In this document: piece by piece, positions 19,978-29,345 of the stretch
Position numbering within the stretch: the first letter of the stretch is position 1
Layout: the number at the start of each line of letters is the position of its first letter
IMG/VR virus record: IMGVR_UViG_3300008266_000002
Length of the DNA: 64,000 bases
Origin: a virus
Reading direction: 5' to 3' (one strand)
The notes under the pieces: generated by a model
Databases searched by the model: none
What the model saw: the letters and a program-made list of their open reading frames with translations, nothing else
What the model was told of the DNA's origin: nothing
Program-made: the position numbers and the translations under genes

Positions 19978-21694
19978 TTACGTTATTCAATTTTTGCGAG
20001 ATCGCTATGGTGTAGATACAGTCTTTACTGTGTCTGGTGGTGGTTGTATTTTTCTTGTTGATTCCTTGGGAAAGACGGATGGTGTAAAGTATGTTGCAAC
20101 TCATCACGAGCAAGCAGCTTCAATAGCAGCTGAAGGTTATGCACGTATCAACAATAAACTAGGAGCTTGTGTGGTGACTAGTGGTCCTGGTGGGACAAAT
20201 GCTATCACTGGCACTCTGTGCAGTTGGCTCGATTCAATCCCTGTTATTGTTATTAGTGGTCAAGTTAATAAGGAGATGACAACTAACTACACTGAACTCC
20301 CTCTGAGACAGCTTGGTGATCAGGAATTCAATATTGTCGAATCAGTAAAAAACATGACCAAATACGCTGTACAAGTTAATGATCCACTTGATATAAAATA
20401 TCATATGGAAAAAGCTTGTCAGTTAGCAACTTCAGGACGGCCTGGCCCAGTGTGGATTGATATTCCACTAAATGTTCAATCAGCAGATATTAATCCTGAT
20501 AGTCTTACTGGTTGTGATGAGCCAACACTAACATACGAACCCTCTACAGAGGATATAGATAAGTTGTTGTTTAATTGGCAAAAAGCAAAGAAGCCTTTAA
20601 TGATTGTGGGTAATGGTATTAGGTTAAGTGGTGGTGTTAAACTTTTATATGATGTATTAGCTAAAACTAATATACCAGTAATATCAGCTGTTAATGGCAA
20701 CGACTTAGTAAACGAAGATTATCCTCAATACTATGGTAGATTTGGTACACATGCTCAAATCTGTGCAAATAAGCTATTAAGTGAGTGTGATTTTGTTTTA
20801 GCAGTCGGTACTAGATTGTATGTAAGACAAACAGGGTATAATTTTAAGGGATTTGCTCAGCAAGCCTATAAAGTTCATGTCGATATCGATGCAGCCGAGT
20901 TAAATAAACCAACCCTTTTTACTGATTTAAAAATTCAATCCGATGCAACGAGTTTTTTGACTAGTGTACTAAAATCAGAGCTTCCAGCCACCGATGGATC
21001 TTGGATAGAGTCTTGCAATCATCTCAAACAAAACTCACCAAAGGTTTTACAAAGACATAGAGATAACAGCAGCTATGTGAGTCATTATGCTTTTGTTGAA
21101 CAACTCTCAGCTGTACTACCAAGAGACCATCATGTGATAACGAGTGACGGCTCAGCTAATGTGGTGACAATGCAAGTGTTGGATCTCCATAATGATCAAA
21201 GGCTTATTACAAATACAGGATGTGCTCCAATGGGTTATGGACTTCCAGCTGCCTTGGGAGCAGCAATCCATCATAATATTGTGTGTTTAGAAGGTGATGG
21301 AAGTTTACATTTGAATATACATGAACTTCAAACCATGAAACACTACAATCTGCCGATCAAGCTTATATTACTAAATAATGATGGTTATACTTCGATAAAA
21401 ATTTCACAAAAGGCTTTTTTTAATGGGTTTTATGTAGCATCAGAAAAGGGTAGTGGAGTATCCTTTCCAAGTTTTGAAAAAGTGATTAAGGCATATGATC
21501 TACCATATATGTGCATCAAATCAAACAAATCCATCCAACCAATATTGAATGAGTTTTTGTCTCAAGAAGGTCCGTGTGTGCTTGAGGTATTTACAGATCC
21601 AGATGAGTTTCATGAACCTAAGGTAGTAGCTAAGCTAGATGAATATGGTAAATTTATTCCCGGAGAATTAAAAAACATACAATGGATCAAATGA
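19964..21694 (+). CDS. Thiamine-diphosphate enzyme, acetolactate synthase-like (YerE-like)
   Basis: HHEQAA..AAEGY, TSGPGGTN, RPGPVW.DIP, GDGS...NN ThDP motif. Confidence 0.9.
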   Translation: MRVSDYVIQFLRDRYGVDTVFTVSGGGCIFLVDSLGKTDGVKYVATHHEQAASIAAEGYARINNKLGACVVTSGPGGTNAITGTLCSWLDSIPVIVISGQVNKEMTTNYTELPLRQLGDQEFNIVESVKNMTKYAVQVNDPLDIKYHMEKACQLATSGRPGPVWIDIPLNVQSADINPDSLTGCDEPTLTYEPSTEDIDKLLFNWQKAKKPLMIVGNGIRLSGGVKLLYDVLAKTNIPVISAVNGNDLVNEDYPQYYGRFGTHAQICANKLLSECDFVLAVGTRLYVRQTGYNFKGFAQQAYKVHVDIDAAELNKPTLFTDLKIQSDATSFLTSVLKSELPATDGSWIESCNHLKQNSPKVLQRHRDNSSYVSHYAFVEQLSAVLPRDHHVITSDGSANVVTMQVLDLHNDQRLITNTGCAPMGYGLPAALGAAIHHNIVCLEGDGSLHLNIHELQTMKHYNLPIKLILLNNDGYTSIKISQKAFFNGFYVASEKGSGVSFPSFEKVIKAYDLPYMCIKSNKSIQPILNEFLSQEGPCVLEVFTDPDEFHEPKVVAKLDEYGKFIPGELKNIQWIK

Positions 21695-22470
21695 AAGTAT
21701 TGATAACTGGTGGAAGTGGGTATATTGCACAGAGCCTATTGAACGGATTAGATTGCAAAAAATATGATATCACTATCGTCGATCGAAGTCATTTTGACTT
21801 AACAAACTATAATGCTGTGTGTAATTTCTTTAGCGAGAAATATTTTGACGTCGTGATACATACAGCTATAGTTGGTGGTAATCGCCTAAAAGAAGAGGAT
21901 GATTCGATTATTAGGCAAAACCTTGATATGTACTACAATCTTATGAATAACAACCAGCATTTTGGAAAGTTTATAAGTTTTGGATCTGGTGCTGAGCTTG
22001 GTTGGCCTACTACTCCATATGGATATAGTAAACGTATTATTGCTGAATCTATGTCAAAACGGGACAATTGTCTTAATCTAAGAATTTTTGCAGTATTTGA
22101 TGAGAATGAAGAGGACCGTAGGTTTATCAAAAGCAATATAAAGCGATATCTAAACAGAGAAGATATGCTTGTACATGAGGATAAGTATATGGATTTCTTT
22201 TATATGCAGGACTTAATCACTTTAGTGGATTATCATCTTTGCCGGCAAGACTGGCTCTTTTCAGAGATTGATTGTAGGTATACCGATTGTTATAAACTAT
22301 CAGAAATAGCCTCTATAATAAACAAACTAGATAATTACAAAGTTGATATTTGTGTTGCACAATCGGAAGGAAAGCCTTATGTTGGAAATTATGTAGGGTT
22401 ACCTATCTCTCTAGTTGGATTAGAGAATGGTATCAGAAATGTTTATAAAACACTCAAAGCAAATATATGA
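21691..22470 (+). CDS. NAD-dependent epimerase/reductase
   Basis: ITGGSGYI, FGSGAE, YGYSK. Confidence 0.85.
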   Translation: MKVLITGGSGYIAQSLLNGLDCKKYDITIVDRSHFDLTNYNAVCNFFSEKYFDVVIHTAIVGGNRLKEEDDSIIRQNLDMYYNLMNNNQHFGKFISFGSGAELGWPTTPYGYSKRIIAESMSKRDNCLNLRIFAVFDENEEDRRFIKSNIKRYLNREDMLVHEDKYMDFFYMQDLITLVDYHLCRQDWLFSEIDCRYTDCYKLSEIASIINKLDNYKVDICVAQSEGKPYVGNYVGLPISLVGLENGIRNVYKTLKANI

Positions 22471-23765
22471 AACCAATAACATTTTGCATTGCTTCAGCCA
22501 AAAACGAAAAGGAGTACACTAAACTTTTATTAAAATCTTTAAAAGATCATACCCAATTTAATACACACGAAGTTTTAATCTTTATTGACTCGGATAATCA
22601 AAATACATACGAAGAACTCTGTGATTTACAGAAGGACCATGATAATATAAAAATTTATCGAAACGAAAGTGCTTTTCCGATAGGAAGTCAACGTAACGTG
22701 ACCCTCATGTTCAATGCTGCAAGTAATGATGTGGTATGTTACCTGCAATCAGATATGGTTGTTGGAAAGAATTTTGATGAGCATATTAACAACAACATTG
22801 ATGAGAATACTGTATTGTCCTGTGCTCGAATAGAGCCACCCCTACATCCAGCATCTCCTGAGAAGGTTGTAAAGGATTTTGGTATAACACCCGACACCTT
22901 TAATTACGATTCTTTTAATAAGTTTGTTGACGAGTTACAAGCTGAAAATCGACCAAACATGGTAGGTCACTTTGCACCGTTTGCTGTATACAGATCAACT
23001 TGGATTGATCGACTTGGTGGATTTGATACTCAGTTTAGATGCTCACGTGAGGATTCCGATACAATAATAAGAATGGAGCTGTGTGGATTGAGTATGATCC
23101 AATCATGGAATGCTTGTGTTTATCATTTTACTTGTGTTTCCAGCAGAGGTGATGGTTGGTTCAAAAAGAATGAAGATGCTGATTACAAAAATGCACTCCA
23201 GACTCAAGCCGATCTCCAAGAGCTAAAGAGATTCATAAGAAAGTGGGGATATTTTGGTCATCATCCAAAGCCAGTATATGATGTAACCTTTAAGATTGAA
23301 ATGGACCATTATGCCGACTTTAATCTACTAAAAATGATCGAACCTTATTGTACACAAATGGTTCTTTCGGATAGTAAGGTTGCACACCAACTAGCATCGC
23401 AGCTTGAATTCGAAGCACATTATTTTAGTAATCTACGTTGGAATTATACTCAAGATCATTGGAATAAGGTTCAATATCTCTTTAATCCTACCGACTTCTA
23501 CAAACGTATTAATTCAAATCAAGAAGAAGTAGGAGATATAATTATATCGTTCAAATTCTCACAACTCATAAGTAACTGGAATATCCCCGATACTCAAGGA
23601 TTGTTTCAGAATATTCACGAAGTAGTTAACCAAAGTGAAATTGGTGTTTATGAGGCCGGTCCTTTTATTATTGATATTAGGGCTAAGAATGACTTAGGTT
23701 CTAAGTATGCTAAGCATAGAGATATAGATTTACTTCTTAATGAACAAAAGTTTGAGTTTATATAA
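22467..23765 (+). CDS. Glycosyltransferase family 2
   Basis: ITFCI..KNE, YLQSDM, GGFD..F..SREDSD, VYHF. Confidence 0.85.
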   Translation: MKPITFCIASAKNEKEYTKLLLKSLKDHTQFNTHEVLIFIDSDNQNTYEELCDLQKDHDNIKIYRNESAFPIGSQRNVTLMFNAASNDVVCYLQSDMVVGKNFDEHINNNIDENTVLSCARIEPPLHPASPEKVVKDFGITPDTFNYDSFNKFVDELQAENRPNMVGHFAPFAVYRSTWIDRLGGFDTQFRCSREDSDTIIRMELCGLSMIQSWNACVYHFTCVSSRGDGWFKKNEDADYKNALQTQADLQELKRFIRKWGYFGHHPKPVYDVTFKIEMDHYADFNLLKMIEPYCTQMVLSDSKVAHQLASQLEFEAHYFSNLRWNYTQDHWNKVQYLFNPTDFYKRINSNQEEVGDIIISFKFSQLISNWNIPDTQGLFQNIHEVVNQSEIGVYEAGPFIIDIRAKNDLGSKYAKHRDIDLLLNEQKFEFI

Positions 23766-24010
23766 TGCAATATTTTTTACTAATGCCAGGTGACACAGAA
23801 GAGGATGTATTAAACGAAGCAAACCTTCTTGGAGAAGATTCGTTTGGTACATTCTGGGCTGGTAGTGGATTAACAACTTTGATGAAGATTGTTGACTCGC
23901 ATCCAGAAGTCTTACCAATGATAAGAATACGAACTGACATGGATCAGCGATCATATACAATAGAGCAGTTTTTAACAAACATATCAAAACTCAAGATTAG
24001 AACAAGATGA
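23765..24010 (+). CDS. Hypothetical protein
   Basis: Translationally coupled to GT2. Confidence 0.6.
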   Translation: MQYFLLMPGDTEEDVLNEANLLGEDSFGTFWAGSGLTTLMKIVDSHPEVLPMIRIRTDMDQRSYTIEQFLTNISKLKIRTR

Positions 24011-24159
24011 TATATTACTTCTATTCAAAAGCAGACCCAAAACAAGAGCCGATAAATAAAGTAATAGCTATCTCACGAATGTCAGCAGCTAAATATTTTG
24101 CGGCACAAAAAAGACTACTACTAAAACCATTCCTAACAATATATGGAGTAAGCAAGTAG
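24007..24159 (+). CDS. Small hypothetical protein (50 aa, not in ORF track)
   Basis: ATGA overlap with upstream stop; MIYYFYSKADPKQEP...GVSK*. Confidence 0.55.
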   Translation: MIYYFYSKADPKQEPINKVIAISRMSAAKYFAAQKRLLLKPFLTIYGVSK

Positions 24160-24186
24160 AAACTATTTATATAAAAATACAAGGCC

Positions 24187-24666
24187 ATGAAGATAGTTGT
24201 GAAGTCTCAAGGAAAGAAGAATAGTAAGGTGTTTACTATTGATGTTGTGGATGGCGAAAGTGTTGTACATAGTGAGTCTGTAAAGGGATTAAAAGAAAGA
24301 GATGAATTGGTATGGAAGCTTGCTGATCTTTATGGAGCAATGGATATAGAAATAATACAAGACAAACCTGAGGAATTTAAGTTTACTGAAGTACCATCCA
24401 TCCCAGTACTGGAAGAAGACGAAGCTGAGATCTTTTTTGATGAGAACAGTGAGTATGTCTACAATCGTATACTACAAGCTGTTGAGGAAGGTATAAGATC
24501 TGGAAGTGATATAATTAATTTGTTTGAGCTTAATGGTAGTGGTGTATGTATAACTTCTAATCGAGATAATTGGAAACATGGCGTACAGCAAGCATTAGAT
24601 TATTATGCCGCAAACGAATTGTATGATAGGTGCATACGTGCAAATGGAATCCTAAGCCAACTTTAG
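24187..24666 (+). CDS. Hypothetical protein
   Basis: 159 aa ORF preceded by TATTTATA (24164). Confidence 0.65.
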   Translation: MKIVVKSQGKKNSKVFTIDVVDGESVVHSESVKGLKERDELVWKLADLYGAMDIEIIQDKPEEFKFTEVPSIPVLEEDEAEIFFDENSEYVYNRILQAVEEGIRSGSDIINLFELNGSGVCITSNRDNWKHGVQQALDYYAANELYDRCIRANGILSQL

Positions 24667-24668
24667 TT

Positions 24669-25301
24669 ATGATAAAAAAAGCAAGAACAACTGTACTGAT
24701 GCAATCTCAAATTGAGAATGCTATGAAGGTCACTAGATCAAATAGGGCAGCAGCCGAATACCTTCGTGTAAGCTATAATCTGTATAAGAGGTTTGCTAAA
24801 TTATACAAAAACAAAGAAGGTGTGAGTTTGTTTGATGCTCACAAAAATCAAGCTGGATCGGGTATACCTAAAACACACGTTTCACAAAAGCGATTGGAAC
24901 TTGATGAAATATTGTTAGGTAAACATCCACAATACTCAAGAGACAAGTTGATGCGAAGACTTGTTGTTAATGGATATGTTGAAGAGAAGTGTTGTAACTG
25001 TGGATTCCATCAAAAACGACCTACTGATTTAAAAGTACCCTTAGTTATACACCATATTAATGGTGATCGTAGAGATCATCGCAGAGATAATCTCGAGCTA
25101 CTGTGTTATAATTGTTATTTCATTCTCGTTGGCAATCTTAATCCCAAAGATTATAAGACAGATGTCTATGATAGACCTGAAGAGCATATATCAGTTGACA
25201 AGATTCTTGAGAGTGATGAGCATGCACAAGCATTACATAGTATGGAGCTACTTAGCGAAGAAGAAAAACAAGAACTGTTACGAAATCTGAACAATATATG
25301 A
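24669..25301 (+). CDS. HNH endonuclease with N-terminal HTH-like region
   Basis: CCNCG...HHINGD..DH..DNL.LLCYNC. Confidence 0.85.
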   Translation: MIKKARTTVLMQSQIENAMKVTRSNRAAAEYLRVSYNLYKRFAKLYKNKEGVSLFDAHKNQAGSGIPKTHVSQKRLELDEILLGKHPQYSRDKLMRRLVVNGYVEEKCCNCGFHQKRPTDLKVPLVIHHINGDRRDHRRDNLELLCYNCYFILVGNLNPKDYKTDVYDRPEEHISVDKILESDEHAQALHSMELLSEEEKQELLRNLNNI

Positions 25302-25726
25302 GGTGGTTAAGAATATTAGAAAGAAAATATATACCAAATGTAAGCCGAACTAAGACTTACATCTTTTTTAAAATAGCTCTACTCGCACCAATAGTAGTAC
25401 CATTTGTACTACTTCAAGCCTCAATCAAATGGCTTATTAGTAAGATTAGGATCAAACGTAAAGGTAAGCCAGACATAATATTACAAAACATTGTAGACGG
25501 TTGGACAAATTTAATACTCCCCGATCAAGTAAGTGAAGAGTTAGCAGTGAAGAGAGCTAACATCTGTGCTAGATGTCCCTTTGCCGAAATGTCTAGTGGT
25601 ACGTATACAATTGTAGTTGATAACAGAACCAAAAACATTAGAGGAATGTCCTGCGGTAGATGTGGATGTCCTTTGAGTGCTAAGGTTCGTGCAAAAAATG
25701 ACTCATGTCCAATAGGAAACTGGTAA
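25298..25726 (+). CDS. Membrane-associated Cys-rich hypothetical protein
   Basis: Hydrophobic segment; R..ICARC...CGRCGCPLSAK...CP.GNW. Confidence 0.65.
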   Translation: MRWLRILERKYIPNVSRTKTYIFFKIALLAPIVVPFVLLQASIKWLISKIRIKRKGKPDIILQNIVDGWTNLILPDQVSEELAVKRANICARCPFAEMSSGTYTIVVDNRTKNIRGMSCGRCGCPLSAKVRAKNDSCPIGNW

Positions 25727-25962
25727 GGAAAATAGGTATCGTTGTGTTTCACGATGAGTTTAACAGCTATGAGTTTTTAACTGAGGCACTGAGTCAGGTG
25801 TTTGGTTATGAGCTCAGTCAAGCCGCTAATTGTGCTCACATAATCACAGAGAGAGGTAACTATGTTGTAAAAACGTTTGATCAAAAGGATCTCGAAAAGG
25901 CATCTGCATATCGAGACATTCTTGAAGAACATCAAATCCCAGTAAAATTAATTCCTCTTTAG
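25705..25962 (+). CDS. ClpS-like protease adaptor
   Basis: VVFHDEFNSYEFL...L..VFG....QA...A..I..RG..VVK. Confidence 0.7.
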   Translation: MSNRKLVRKIGIVVFHDEFNSYEFLTEALSQVFGYELSQAANCAHIITERGNYVVKTFDQKDLEKASAYRDILEEHQIPVKLIPL

Positions 25963-25964
25963 TG

Positions 25965-25995
25965 TTGTCTCGTGTGTAATAAAGTAGTATCTTTA
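25965..25995 (+). promoter_or_regulatory. Bacteroidota-type promoter of uvsE
   Basis: TTG-N20-TATCTTTA followed by ACACACA leader. Confidence 0.65.
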
Positions 25996-26018
25996 CTAAA
26001 CAAAACACACAACAAGAT

Positions 26019-26930
26019 ATGACAAACTTTGGCTATGCATGTATTAACATGGAACTACGAGAGCAGAACATCTTTGCTGGTAGAACTTGTCGTAAGGATA
26101 AGTTTACTAAGCAGGGTTTGCAGTACGTAGGAGACTTAGGTGTACAGAACCTAAGAGACTTATTTCAGATCGTACAATGGAACGAACGTAATGGTATCAA
26201 GCTCTATCGTATAGGATCTGATATCTTTCCTTGGAGTAGTGAGTATGAGTATGTTGACTTACCACAGTATGAGACTATTAAGAAGCTTTGCAAAGCTATT
26301 GGTGATTATGTTACTAAGGTAGGTCAACGATTATCGTTTCATCCAGGACCTTTCAATATTCTTGGTTCAAAGAATCCAGAAGTAGTTAGACGTACTATGA
26401 TTGACCTTAGACATCATTCAGAGTTGTTTGACCTTATGGGATTGGAGCCAAGCGTATACAATAAAATTAACATTCACGTAGGTGCTGCATACGATGACAA
26501 GTATGCTGTACTACAAAACTGGTGTAACAATTATGAGAAACTCGACGACAACACAAGAAAGAGAATTACCATCGAGAACGATGACAAACCAAGCCTTTAC
26601 ACAACTGATGAGCTTTATCATGGCGTTTACCGTATGGTCGGTTGTCCTATTGTTTTCGATTATCATCATCATTCCTGTCATCCTGGTGATTTATCCCATA
26701 GAGCTGCTATGGAATTGGCTATCTCGACTTGGCCGGAAGGGATCAAACCGGTCGTACATTATTCATCGTGTAGACAAATAGAGGATCCAAAAGCTAAGGT
26801 TCAGGCTCATGCAGATTACATTTACGAGACTATCGATACATTTGGTCACGATGTGGATGTAATGTTGGAGTGTAAACTTAAAGAAAGAGCATTGTTGCAA
26901 TATAGAAAAAAACATAGTATATTAGTGTAA
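26019..26930 (+). CDS. uvsE: UV-damage endonuclease UvsE
   Basis: FGYACIN, YRIGSD.FP, SFHPG.F, INIHVG, IENDDK, FDYHHH, HYS, AHADY, MLECK.KE. Confidence 0.95.
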   Translation: MTNFGYACINMELREQNIFAGRTCRKDKFTKQGLQYVGDLGVQNLRDLFQIVQWNERNGIKLYRIGSDIFPWSSEYEYVDLPQYETIKKLCKAIGDYVTKVGQRLSFHPGPFNILGSKNPEVVRRTMIDLRHHSELFDLMGLEPSVYNKINIHVGAAYDDKYAVLQNWCNNYEKLDDNTRKRITIENDDKPSLYTTDELYHGVYRMVGCPIVFDYHHHSCHPGDLSHRAAMELAISTWPEGIKPVVHYSSCRQIEDPKAKVQAHADYIYETIDTFGHDVDVMLECKLKERALLQYRKKHSILV

Positions 26931-26950
26931 ACATTTTAAAACAATAAGTT

Positions 26951-27181
26951 ATGACAAAGTATTTTCAAGTAGTAGTAAAAATTAAACGTGAAGATGACAA
27001 GGGTAAGGTAAAAACATTTACTGAGCGTTATCTTGTAGATGCATTAACAATTACAGAGGCTGAAGCCCGTGTAGTAGCTTTTATGGAAGATAGTATGCTG
27101 GAGTATGAAATCTCTTCTGCAACTGAAAGTCGTATTATGCAAATCATTTCTCAAAACGAAACTCCTGAAGTTTATGCCTAA
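26951..27181 (+). CDS. DUF4494-like protein (Bacteroidota)
   Basis: YF.V.VK.....GK.K...E.YLVDALTITEAEAR. Confidence 0.7.
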   Translation: MTKYFQVVVKIKREDDKGKVKTFTERYLVDALTITEAEARVVAFMEDSMLEYEISSATESRIMQIISQNETPEVYA

Positions 27182-27392
27182 CCAATTTGTACCAGATAGT
27201 ATTGTCCAAGCTGTTGTTGAGAGATTCTTAACGAGAGCTGAGTTCGGTAAGAAAAAGTATGGTACTGATTTAGACCGTCAAGACCTCAGCTTACTAGATT
27301 GGATTCAGCATGCACAAGAAGAGATGCATGATGGTATATTATATCTGGAACGTATTAAGCAGGAGTTATTGAAACAGCAAGCAGATAAATAA
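27174..27392 (+). CDS. Conserved phage all-alpha protein (NTP pyrophosphohydrolase-like)
   Basis: RAEFGKKKYG..LDR.DL...WIQHAQEE..D.ILYLE. Confidence 0.6.
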   Translation: MPNQFVPDSIVQAVVERFLTRAEFGKKKYGTDLDRQDLSLLDWIQHAQEEMHDGILYLERIKQELLKQQADK

Positions 27393-27473
27393 TTCTGCTT
27401 GGCTGTTTTCTTAAACTGTTGCCTATTTAAAGTTAAAGTCTTATTTTTATAAACACAAAACATAACACAAGAG

Positions 27474-27701
27474 ATGAGAGTTTGTATATCATGTGGTGAA
27501 GAAATACCAGCAGCAAGACTAAAAGCCGTACCAGGCACAAGAACGTGTGTACAGCATTCCAAAGCAGAGAGGTTTGCCGTTAATATAGTACAACATGGAG
27601 ATATAGAAGATGATGGATTTCAAGAGTTTGAGATTATCAGAGATGCAGAGGTGCTAGAGAGACTTAACGAGTATAAAGAACAATTAGGCACCTATAAATA
27701 A
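27474..27701 (+). CDS. TraR/DksA-type zinc-finger protein
   Basis: CISCGEEIP.ARL.A.P....CV.H; own promoter TTG(27419)-N20-TATTTTTA. Confidence 0.75.
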   Translation: MRVCISCGEEIPAARLKAVPGTRTCVQHSKAERFAVNIVQHGDIEDDGFQEFEIIRDAEVLERLNEYKEQLGTYK

Positions 27702-27705
27702 AAAC

Positions 27706-28086
27706 ATGGAAAGTTTCGAATACAACATTACAAAGATTGAACCAATATATAATTTCCAAGATGTTTCTGGCGGTTACTTTGAAGTGTATTTTGGTTACAA
27801 TCATAAGGATGCGTTTAAGGTTAGTTTTGTTCCTTTCTTGGAAAGACGTGTCAAGCAAGATCAGAGATTGTTTGATTACCTCAAGACCACCTCAAAAGAC
27901 AAGACAATATCCGATGCAATCTTTGATTTATACGATATTGGCTTCCCCGTTGATTCTTGGGTTAAAGAGTATGTCGATTATGCAAAGGAGAACGTGAGTG
28001 TCAATTTATTTAATGCTTTGGTTTTATTTTTTAACACCCTCCAAGCTCCATCCAGTGGTAGTAAGGATGATACAGAAATGGCTTAG
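27706..28086 (+). CDS. Hypothetical protein
   Basis: 126 aa ORF in operon context. Confidence 0.6.
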   Translation: MESFEYNITKIEPIYNFQDVSGGYFEVYFGYNHKDAFKVSFVPFLERRVKQDQRLFDYLKTTSKDKTISDAIFDLYDIGFPVDSWVKEYVDYAKENVSVNLFNALVLFFNTLQAPSSGSKDDTEMA

Positions 28087-28088
28087 TT

Positions 28089-28505
28089 ATGGAATCTTAT
28101 GCAGATTATATTGAATGTGTGAAGTGTGGTAGTGAGGCTTATCAAGAGTTTAACTTATCAACTGGAGAAGAATCAATAATGTGCCCTCATTGTGGGTATA
28201 ACAGAAAGTTTACTATTGTGAGTACAGAGGATACGTTTTCGTTTCCTATATTTGATCTTCAAGAGAGTGGTGGATTTGGTGCATACAAAGTTAGACACAA
28301 AGACTCTGTTGGTCACGAAATTGGTAGCTTTACAGAACCAGCAAGTGAGCAAGAGTTTATTAGATTAATTGAGGAAAATAAGGATAAGGTTGATCATGCG
28401 GAGTATACAACTTTTGTAGATGGCCACTTAACAAATGTAGTTTTAATTTTAGGAGACATAGAATCACATGGCGAAGAAATCCCAGCCCACATCGAGCAAC
28501 AGTAA
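28089..28505 (+). CDS. Zinc-ribbon hypothetical protein
   Basis: CVKCG...CPHCG. Confidence 0.65.
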   Translation: MESYADYIECVKCGSEAYQEFNLSTGEESIMCPHCGYNRKFTIVSTEDTFSFPIFDLQESGGFGAYKVRHKDSVGHEIGSFTEPASEQEFIRLIEENKDKVDHAEYTTFVDGHLTNVVLILGDIESHGEEIPAHIEQQ

Positions 28506-28653
28506 GTTTATTAGAGTATTTGAATATGATGAAGCCACTACCATTTGGACTTATGATTATTCGGTAACAAAAAACGGTCCCGTGAGTGTTGAGGTGAAAT
28601 ATAAAAATGAACCAAAAGCAAAAAAACGTAAAACTAAAAAACAAGTTATATGA
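28468..28653 (+). CDS. Small basic hypothetical protein
   Basis: Fills operon gap; coupled to next gene. Confidence 0.5.
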   Translation: MAKKSQPTSSNSKFIRVFEYDEATTIWTYDYSVTKNGPVSVEVKYKNEPKAKKRKTKKQVI

Positions 28654-29315
28654 GTAAAATTGGTTTTATCATTTTAACAATCGTTACAGTTATTATTTTA
28701 GTCAAAGCTAATAAAGCTCGCGAGCTTGATCAATCCAACATCCAACATCACTTAACTTACCAAAATCATGAACTTTCTGATGATATTTACAATGCTGCTA
28801 ATCCTGCAACTGCTGTTGGCAATGCGTTTACTGATGCGCAAAAAAGACGACTAGCTAAGAAATCCAATCTCCATAAGGAACAAATCGTTCAAGCCTATAT
28901 CAATCGTTTTAAGCAAACAGCTCTTCGTGAAGCTGAGTTGTTTAATATTCCAGTTAGTATTAAACTCGCTCAAGGTATCATTGAATCAAATGCTGGTCAA
29001 TCCAAACTTGCACGTAAAGAAAATAACCATTTTGGTATTAAGTGTGTGAAGCGACAACCAAGATGTAAGTGTGCCGTATATGCTGATGATTCACCTACTG
29101 ATAGATTTAGAGTGTTCTCTGATGCATGGTCAAGTTATCGTGAGCACTCTCTAATACTAAAGAAAGATCGCTACAGACATCTACGTAAACTAGATCCTCG
29201 CGATTATAAAGGTTGGGCTTACGGCTTGCAAAAAGCAGGTTATGCTACTAATCCAAATTATGCCAAGCTACTAATTTCAGTTATTGAAAGATATCAGTTA
29301 CATAGGATTCAATAA
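28650..29315 (+). CDS. GH73 glucosaminidase/muramidase (FlgJ-like) with N-terminal hydrophobic anchor
   Basis: IP.SI.LAQGIIES..G.S.LA...NNHFGIKC, YATNPNYA. Confidence 0.92.
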   Translation: MSKIGFIILTIVTVIILVKANKARELDQSNIQHHLTYQNHELSDDIYNAANPATAVGNAFTDAQKRRLAKKSNLHKEQIVQAYINRFKQTALREAELFNIPVSIKLAQGIIESNAGQSKLARKENNHFGIKCVKRQPRCKCAVYADDSPTDRFRVFSDAWSSYREHSLILKKDRYRHLRKLDPRDYKGWAYGLQKAGYATNPNYAKLLISVIERYQLHRIQ

Positions 29316-29345
29316 TTTTAAACAATTAAAACCACTAACAAGACA

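Noticed and set aside
18964-21694. aroB and ilvB as amino-acid biosynthesis auxiliary genes
   Set aside because: Embedded in a nucleotide-sugar cluster with no other shikimate or branched-chain amino acid genes; sugar tailoring is more likely, so no symbols were assigned
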